The translations under genes and the position numbers were made by a program. DNA of 64,000 bases, taken from NCBI GenBank assembly GCA_951812955.1, contig OX638340.1, forward strand, positions 544,001 through 608,000, written 5' to 3'. The stretch comes from an uncultured Gemmatimonadota bacterium. Lineage in GTDB: Bacteria > JAAXHH01. Positions 58,595 through 64,000 of this stretch are shown here, piece after piece. The notes beneath the pieces were generated by a model. The model saw only the letters and a program-made list of their open reading frames with translations, did no database searches and was not told the origin of the DNA. Position 1 is the stretch's first letter, and the number at the start of each line of letters is the position of its first letter.

Positions 58595-60028
58595 TTAATC
58601 TCCCAGGACCCAGATGTCTTTGCCTCCCCCGCCCTGGCTGGAGTTCACGACGAGACTTCCCTCACGCAGCGCCACACGGCAGAATGCCCCCGGGACGATG
58701 CGCGTCTCGCGTCCGTGCAGGACAAAAGGGCGCAGGTCCACGTGTCGCGCCGCGGCGCGGCCCTCGATCATGCAGGGAGCGCGTGAAAGGTCGAGCACGG
58801 GTTGCGCAATGAAATCGGCCGGATTTTCCAGGATCTCGCGGATGTAGGCATCCCGCACCGCAGAGGTCGATCGGGGACCGACCAGCATGCCATAGCCCCC
58901 GGACTCGCCCACCCTTTTAACGATGAGATCCTCCAGATTGTCCAGCGTGTATTCCAGGTCTTCCTCCCTCCGGCAGATGTAGGTTTTTACGTTCATAAGC
59001 AGCGGTTCTTCGCCCAGATAGTAACGTATCATGTCCGGAACGTAGGCGTACACGCTCTTGTCGTCTGCAACCCCCGTGCCCGGTGCATTCGCCAGGGTAA
59101 CGTTTCCGGCCCGATAGACTCCCATCAGCCCGGGAAGTCCCAGCAGAGAGTCCGGACGGAAAACCAAAGGGTCAAGGAAGTCGTCGTCCACCCGCCGGTA
59201 TATGACGTCCACCTTGCGCAGGCCCGACGTGGTGCGCATGTACACGTAACCCCCGTTGACAAGCAGGTCCCGGCCTTCTACCAGGGTCGCACCGATCTCT
59301 TCGGCCAGGTAAATATGTTCGTAGAACGCCGAATTGTATACGCCAGGCGTCAGCAAAACCACGCACGGATCGGGATCTTCCCGGGGTGCGAGTTCCTTCA
59401 GGATTTCACGAAGCAGGCGGCCGTAGTGCTCGACCTCCTGTACCCGGCAACTGCGATAAAGCCTTCGAAGATTGGCCTTCACCGCCTTCCGGTTGGCGAC
59501 CATGTAGGACACGCCGGAGGGCACACGGAGGTTGTCCTCGAGGACGTGGAACCCCTCGTTCGTGCGCACCAGATCCGTTCCACAGACGGCGACATACGTG
59601 CCGTGGGGGACGTTTATGCCCCGCATTTCCACGCGATACTGGGGACAACCGTGCACCATGTCGACGGGAATGACCCCGTCCTCGACGATACGGGCTGATC
59701 CGTAGATGTCGGCCAGGAAAAGGTTCAGGGCTTTCAGGCGCTGGGTAAGTCCGGCTTCGAGTTGCCGCCATTCCCCGGCTGTGATAAGACGGGGTAGACA
59801 GTCGACCGGCATAATTCGTTCATTGGCCTCATCGCCGCCGTAGACTGTAAACGTGATGCCTTCGCTGGAAAAGGAATGGGTGACCCTTTCCTGCATGCGA
59901 ACGAGTTCTTCAACAGGAAGCCTGAGCAGGGAATCGTAGAGCGTACGGCAGTGATCACGGGGGTTGCCGTCGGGCTGGAACATCTCGTCGTAGAAAGCGC
60001 TGTCGATTTCGTAATCTTCAAAGTCCAT
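58595..60028 (-). CDS. circularly permuted type-2 ATP-grasp protein
   Basis: 477 aa, CP_ATPgrasp_2 architecture. AGGAG Shine-Dalgarno sequence. Its stop abuts the alpha-E start. Confidence 0.85.
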   Translation of the reverse strand: MDFEDYEIDSAFYDEMFQPDGNPRDHCRTLYDSLLRLPVEELVRMQERVTHSFSSEGITFTVYGGDEANERIMPVDCLPRLITAGEWRQLEAGLTQRLKALNLFLADIYGSARIVEDGVIPVDMVHGCPQYRVEMRGINVPHGTYVAVCGTDLVRTNEGFHVLEDNLRVPSGVSYMVANRKAVKANLRRLYRSCRVQEVEHYGRLLREILKELAPREDPDPCVVLLTPGVYNSAFYEHIYLAEEIGATLVEGRDLLVNGGYVYMRTTSGLRKVDVIYRRVDDDFLDPLVFRPDSLLGLPGLMGVYRAGNVTLANAPGTGVADDKSVYAYVPDMIRYYLGEEPLLMNVKTYICRREEDLEYTLDNLEDLIVKRVGESGGYGMLVGPRSTSAVRDAYIREILENPADFIAQPVLDLSRAPCMIEGRAAARHVDLRPFVLHGRETRIVPGAFCRVALREGSLVVNSSQGGGGKDIWVLGD

Positions 60029-60099
60029 AACGAGGGTCTCCTATCTTTGGACCAGCGAGATCCTTGTCCTGGAACGGCAGGATATTTCGGGCTCAAAGG

Positions 60100-60451
60100 C
60101 GCCCTTCATACCTTGCTCATGCATTTATCACATCTTTCTCATGCTTTCTACTGCATAAGCATGTTATATGTGGTCATGCAATAGATCAAGCGAAGTTCTG
60201 AATCATCGCGATGCCGGCCAGACACGCAGAATTGATCCTGCACATTTGGAGAATTTCCAAACATTTTCAATACTGAAGTAAATTGAAACATTTTCATTGC
60301 GCTTTCCCTGTGCAGGGGTATTTTGCGTTTTAGTTCGAGTTAGCCAGCCGGTTTTCGTCACAGAATAGACAATTCAACAACCTCAAATTGCTACGCTTTA
60401 ATGTAATATGTTGATAACCGCGGGTTTATCCATCGTGCGGGAGGCGGACGA
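60100..60451. promoter_or_regulatory. AT-rich divergent control region with recurring TCATGC / ATGCA(T) elements
   Basis: CTCATGCATTT, CTCATGCTTTC, CTGCATAAGCATG and GTCATGCAAT lie within about 60115-60180. Strongly AT-rich against 65%-GC surroundings. Confidence 0.35.
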
Positions 60452-62788
60452 ATGGTAATGGAGTTTGGCAATATCCTTACCGCTTACTTCGATTTCATCT
60501 GGATGTCGTTCCTGCTTCTGGGTCCGATGTTGATGCTGGGTCTGCTGCTTTCGGGCCTGATCCACGTTTTCATCTCCCGGGAAGCGATACTCAGATGGCT
60601 TCAGGACGACAGCCTTCGCTCGGTCTCAATCAGTTCCGCCGTAGGCGTTCCGGTACCGCTCTGCAGCTGTTCCGTCGTTCCCGTAGTTGCCGAAATGCGA
60701 CGAAAGGGGGCTTCCCGCTCATCCTGCATGGCCTTCCTGATTACGGCGCCTGAAACCGGGGCCGACTCCATCCTCGTCACGAACGCTTTTTTCGGCTTCA
60801 TCGCCGCCGTTGTGCGACCTGTCATCAGTTTTATCACAGCCGTCGTGGCGGGTATTTTCTGCATCGGCCTGATCCGGGACGATAGTGGCGAGGCCAAGCC
60901 GGAGGAGGAAGACCACGGACACGCCCACCACGACCATGACCACGGTCACGACCATGGACATGACCACGATCATGACCACGATCACTCGGTCCACGATCCG
61001 CTGCTGTCGGACAAGGATGACTGCTATGTAAGCCCCTCCGCCATGAAGATCCTCATGACGAAGTGGATCAAGGGGTTGACTACCGTGGCGTCCACCTGGA
61101 GGTTCGGATCGTGGATCAAACCGGAATTCTACCGGGAGATCATCGGAGAGCAACCGGCGAAATCCGCGAATCGGACCGAACTGGATGAGGTGGAAGAAAA
61201 ATACCCCGGGCTCGATTTCAAGAAGATCGTCAAGCATATCTTCCACTACGGCTTTGTCGAGATCGCCGATGATATACTCTTCGCGCTGCTCGTCGGTATC
61301 GCGCTGGGCGGCGTGCTGTTCCTGGTCATACCGGCCGACCTGATGTCCAACGAATACGCACGCTGGCTTTCCTACCCCGTAATGATCATCGTCGGCGTGC
61401 CCCTTTACATCTGCGCCTCCGCCAGCACGCCGATTGCCGCCGCGCTGGTCGCCCGGGGCGTCAGTCCAGGGGCCGCCCTGATATTCCTGATGACAGGCCC
61501 CGCGACCAACACAAGCACCATCGCCATCATCATGAGTCAGTTCGGCGCGCGTTTCGCGGCCGTATACGTCACGTCAGTCATCGCGGTCACCGCGGTGATC
61601 GGCATAGCCATCGATTTCATACTGGTGGCCACCGGGTTTGCCATTTCCGTCAACCTGTTGCCTTCCGATTCCCCCACGCTTCAAATTCTGCAGTGGGGCG
61701 GCGCGCTCGGGCTGATCGCGCTTATCGTCTGGAGGTACCGCGCCGGCGCCATGCGCAGCGGTTACGAAGACCTCATGCTCAACATCCGACCCTTCTCCCG
61801 GCCATGGCGGAACACGTGGAAGCGGCTGACCCGTGACCGGTCGTTCCGGGGTACGATTTCACCCACCACACCCATGGGCATGATGCTGTGGGGCTTGCTG
61901 CTGGTCCTCTTTCTTGGCAGCGGGTTCACGGCCGTGCCGCCGGGTCACGTCGGATACGGCCGGTTGTTCGGCGAGGTATACTGGAAAGACCTTCAGCCCG
62001 GGCTTCATTACCTGGCGCCGCGCCCCCTCGTCCAGGTCGACAAGTGGCCAGTCAGGGAAGTAAAATCAATTATGTCCGAGACACCGTACGAGTACGTGTC
62101 GGGCGACCTGAACATGCTCACGCTCACCCTGGACGTCCAGTACCGGGTAAACGACCCGTACACGTATCACTACCGTACGGTCGATCCGGAAGAGATCATC
62201 GAAGACGCGGTGCGCGAGCACGTTCGTACTTTTGTCAACGCACGTGACCTGGATCGGCTCCTCACTGCATACCGGGCGGAACTGGAAGATGAGCTGACGA
62301 ATCTCTTCGTGACGGATGCCCGGATGCACGGCGACAAGTCGGTGCTTGGCACCGTCGACCTCGTGAAGGTCAGCCTGCTGAACGTCACCCCGGCGGCGGA
62401 AGCCCTGAGTTCCTTCCGGGAGATTTCAAGCGCCCAGGAAGACAGGGAAAGAATCATCGTCAACGCGCAACGGTTCATGGTGTCCCTGGTGCCGCGCGCT
62501 CACGGCAATGCCGAGTATGAGAAAGAACAGGCCGATGGAGAGGCATTTCGCAAGGTGGCGACCTCCGCGGCGGAAGCGGATGCCATTATGGTCATTTCTT
62601 CTGCCATGCAGACGGCGCCGGAAGTCCTGCGGAACATGCTGTGGCGGGAAAAGTTGGAATCCGCTCTCGCCGGCAATCCCAAGATTATCGTGCCCAACAG
62701 ACAGAGTTTCAACAAGGTCGCGATCTGGAAAAAGAGGCCGGCGGAAGCCGCCGCCCCATCCGCCAAGACAGGAGGTAAAGGCAAATGA
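60452..62788 (+). CDS. fusion protein: ArsP/DUF318-family CxC permease with His/Asp-rich loop, fused in frame to an HflK-like SPFH (band-7) domain
   Basis: N-terminal half has about 8 TM segments, the PLCSCSVVP motif and the loop HGHAHHDHDHGHDHGHDHDHDHDH. After a linker, TM MGMMLWGLLLVLFLGSGF is followed by the HflK-type block VPPGHVGYGRLFGE...PGLHYLAPRP. There is no stop codon or Shine-Dalgarno sequence between the halves. Confidence 0.75.
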   Translation: MVMEFGNILTAYFDFIWMSFLLLGPMLMLGLLLSGLIHVFISREAILRWLQDDSLRSVSISSAVGVPVPLCSCSVVPVVAEMRRKGASRSSCMAFLITAPETGADSILVTNAFFGFIAAVVRPVISFITAVVAGIFCIGLIRDDSGEAKPEEEDHGHAHHDHDHGHDHGHDHDHDHDHSVHDPLLSDKDDCYVSPSAMKILMTKWIKGLTTVASTWRFGSWIKPEFYREIIGEQPAKSANRTELDEVEEKYPGLDFKKIVKHIFHYGFVEIADDILFALLVGIALGGVLFLVIPADLMSNEYARWLSYPVMIIVGVPLYICASASTPIAAALVARGVSPGAALIFLMTGPATNTSTIAIIMSQFGARFAAVYVTSVIAVTAVIGIAIDFILVATGFAISVNLLPSDSPTLQILQWGGALGLIALIVWRYRAGAMRSGYEDLMLNIRPFSRPWRNTWKRLTRDRSFRGTISPTTPMGMMLWGLLLVLFLGSGFTAVPPGHVGYGRLFGEVYWKDLQPGLHYLAPRPLVQVDKWPVREVKSIMSETPYEYVSGDLNMLTLTLDVQYRVNDPYTYHYRTVDPEEIIEDAVREHVRTFVNARDLDRLLTAYRAELEDELTNLFVTDARMHGDKSVLGTVDLVKVSLLNVTPAAEALSSFREISSAQEDRERIIVNAQRFMVSLVPRAHGNAEYEKEQADGEAFRKVATSAAEADAIMVISSAMQTAPEVLRNMLWREKLESALAGNPKIIVPNRQSFNKVAIWKKRPAEAAAPSAKTGGKGK
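60911..60998 (+). repeat. codon-level GACCAC/GACCAT repeat encoding a (H-D/H-G)n tract
   Basis: gaccacggacacgcccaccacgaccatgaccacggtcacgaccatggacatgaccacgatcatgaccacgatcac. Confidence 0.85.
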
Positions 62789-63678
62789 CCGGTAAGGGAC
62801 GTGGCATCCGAACGGCCATCGTCGCGCTCGTGCTGGCGGCGATCGTTTACGACTGTTTCTATGTGATCAACGAAACCCAGCAGGGGGTCCTGACGAACTT
62901 CGGCCGGATTTCGCCTCCGGTGAAGCAGCCCGGACTACATGTCAAGTGGCCCCGACCGATTTCAAGAGTCTACAAGGTGGACCGGAGGCTGCAGACACTC
63001 ACCGACGTGTCCCATGAGTTGATTACCGAAGATCAGAAGAACATCCTGATCAGCGGCTACCTGCTCTGGCGCATCGTAGACCCAATCCTGTATGTCGAGG
63101 CGATACGCACGGGCGCCAATGCAGCCGAACGTCTGCGGGATCTCTACCTTTCGAGCAGTGGGATCGTGATCAGTAACAAGGCCCGTGATGCATTCATCAG
63201 CCTTGGGCTGGAACACGAAGACCTGCACGAAGCGGCCCGTGACATCCTGAGCAGTGTCGCCCCGATTGCCAGTACCAACTATGGTATCGAGGTGCTGAAA
63301 GCCGGTATCATCGAATACACGCTGCCCATGGAAAACCGCCCGGCCGTGATCCAGCGTATGATATCGGAGCGCGCGCGCATCGCGGCCCGGTACCGCAGCG
63401 AGGGCGAGGAGATGGCCATCCGCATCGAAGCGCTGGCAATAAACGAACATGAGAAGCTTATGGCGGAGGCGCACGCGGAAGCCACGGCCATACTCGGTGA
63501 GGCCGAAGCGGAAGCGATGGCTTTGCTGGGCAGGGCTTACCGGAGGGACCCGGCGTTCTACCGGTTCATCCGGGCCCTTGACAGTTATGATCTGATTATC
63601 GACAAAAACACGACCCTTATGTTGCCGGCCGACAACGAACTGTTCAGATACCTGGACAGCAGAACGGTTCCCAGGTAG
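62785..63678 (+). CDS. HflC-like SPFH/band-7 protein
   Basis: N-terminal TM, then QQGVLTNFGRISPPVKQPGLHVKWPRPISRVYKVDRRLQTL (HflC-type block). GGAGG Shine-Dalgarno sequence. ATGA overlap with the upstream gene. Confidence 0.85.
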   Translation: MTGKGRGIRTAIVALVLAAIVYDCFYVINETQQGVLTNFGRISPPVKQPGLHVKWPRPISRVYKVDRRLQTLTDVSHELITEDQKNILISGYLLWRIVDPILYVEAIRTGANAAERLRDLYLSSSGIVISNKARDAFISLGLEHEDLHEAARDILSSVAPIASTNYGIEVLKAGIIEYTLPMENRPAVIQRMISERARIAARYRSEGEEMAIRIEALAINEHEKLMAEAHAEATAILGEAEAEAMALLGRAYRRDPAFYRFIRALDSYDLIIDKNTTLMLPADNELFRYLDSRTVPR

Positions 63679-63695
63679 AGCGAGATCTCAAACCC

Positions 63696-64000
63696 ATGAC
63701 GAACGAAAAGCGACCTTTACCTTACAGCACGCGCGTAATCTATGCCATGTTCGATTGGGCGCGCACCTACGGCTGGAACCGGCTGTTCTGGAGCGTGATC
63801 GCCTTTTCCATCGTGGCCGTGCTGGCCAGCGGGTTTTATATCATAAAGAAAGAAGAGCAGGGCGTCCTCGTTCGTTTCGGCAAGGTGGTGGACGAGAACC
63901 TTGGTCCGGGCATTCATTACTGCGTTCCGTTCATATACGAAACCCACATACGCAAGGTGAAGCGCATCGTCCGTGTCTCTATCGTCAGCGAAGGGACGGC
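63696..64000 (+). CDS. second HflK-like SPFH protein (5' part only, runs off the window)
   Basis: Cytoplasmic N-terminus, TM FWSVIAFSIVAVLASGFYII, then EEQGVLVRFGKVVDENLGPGIHYCVPFIYETH. Confidence 0.7.
   Translation, partial: MTNEKRPLPYSTRVIYAMFDWARTYGWNRLFWSVIAFSIVAVLASGFYIIKKEEQGVLVRFGKVVDENLGPGIHYCVPFIYETHIRKVKRIVRVSIVSEGT

Noticed and set aside
1-64000. tRNA, rRNA or riboswitch candidates in intergenic regions (1214-1359, 7063-7304, 17015-17236, 26048-26319, 60029-60451)
   Set aside because: No cloverleaf-compatible GC-rich stems or T-loop GTTCGAATC-type motifs. No recognisable riboswitch cores. The regions look like plain promoters.

Overview
64-kb high-GC (~65% by eye) chromosomal segment from a diderm bacterium (RND/TolC efflux, beta-barrel OMP, LspA, HflK/C all present). 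It holds about 55 protein-coding genes on both strands. I saw no rRNA, tRNA, CRISPR array, integrase or transposase. The backbone is housekeeping: moeB-like E1/rhodanese, ilvD, arginase, glnS, ispH, rluD, lspA, dksA-like, a purine nucleoside phosphorylase, a divIVA-yggT-yggS division cluster and comM/yifB. Around it sit transport systems (sugar ABC system, SSS symporter with DUF3311, alanine/glycine:cation symporter, RND tripartite pump) and a set of catabolic oxidoreductases. The parts not explained by ordinary housekeeping are these. (1) A strongly AT-rich islet (about 15.6-17.2 kb) whose single gene is a KAP-family P-loop NTPase, beside glnS and a DUF4143 AAA ATPase. (2) A minus-strand four-gene operon: circularly permuted ATP-grasp, alpha-E domain protein, transglutaminase-like protease, large alpha/beta hydrolase. 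(3) Diverging from it across a shared AT-rich control region, an unusual in-frame fusion of an ArsP/DUF318-type CxC permease (His/Asp-rich loop) to an HflK-like SPFH domain, followed by HflC-like and a second HflK-like gene. (4) A same-strand six-gene array: Gfo/Idh/MocA oxidoreductase, MmsA/IolA-type aldehyde dehydrogenase, DUF362, an indoleamine-2,3-dioxygenase-like haem protein, a long-form IspH and a xylose-isomerase-like TIM barrel. (5) An 803-aa orphan protein followed by a PhyH-family dioxygenase. (6) Several short tandem or direct repeat tracts in intergenic leaders. All functional calls come from motif and fold recognition by eye. No database search was run.
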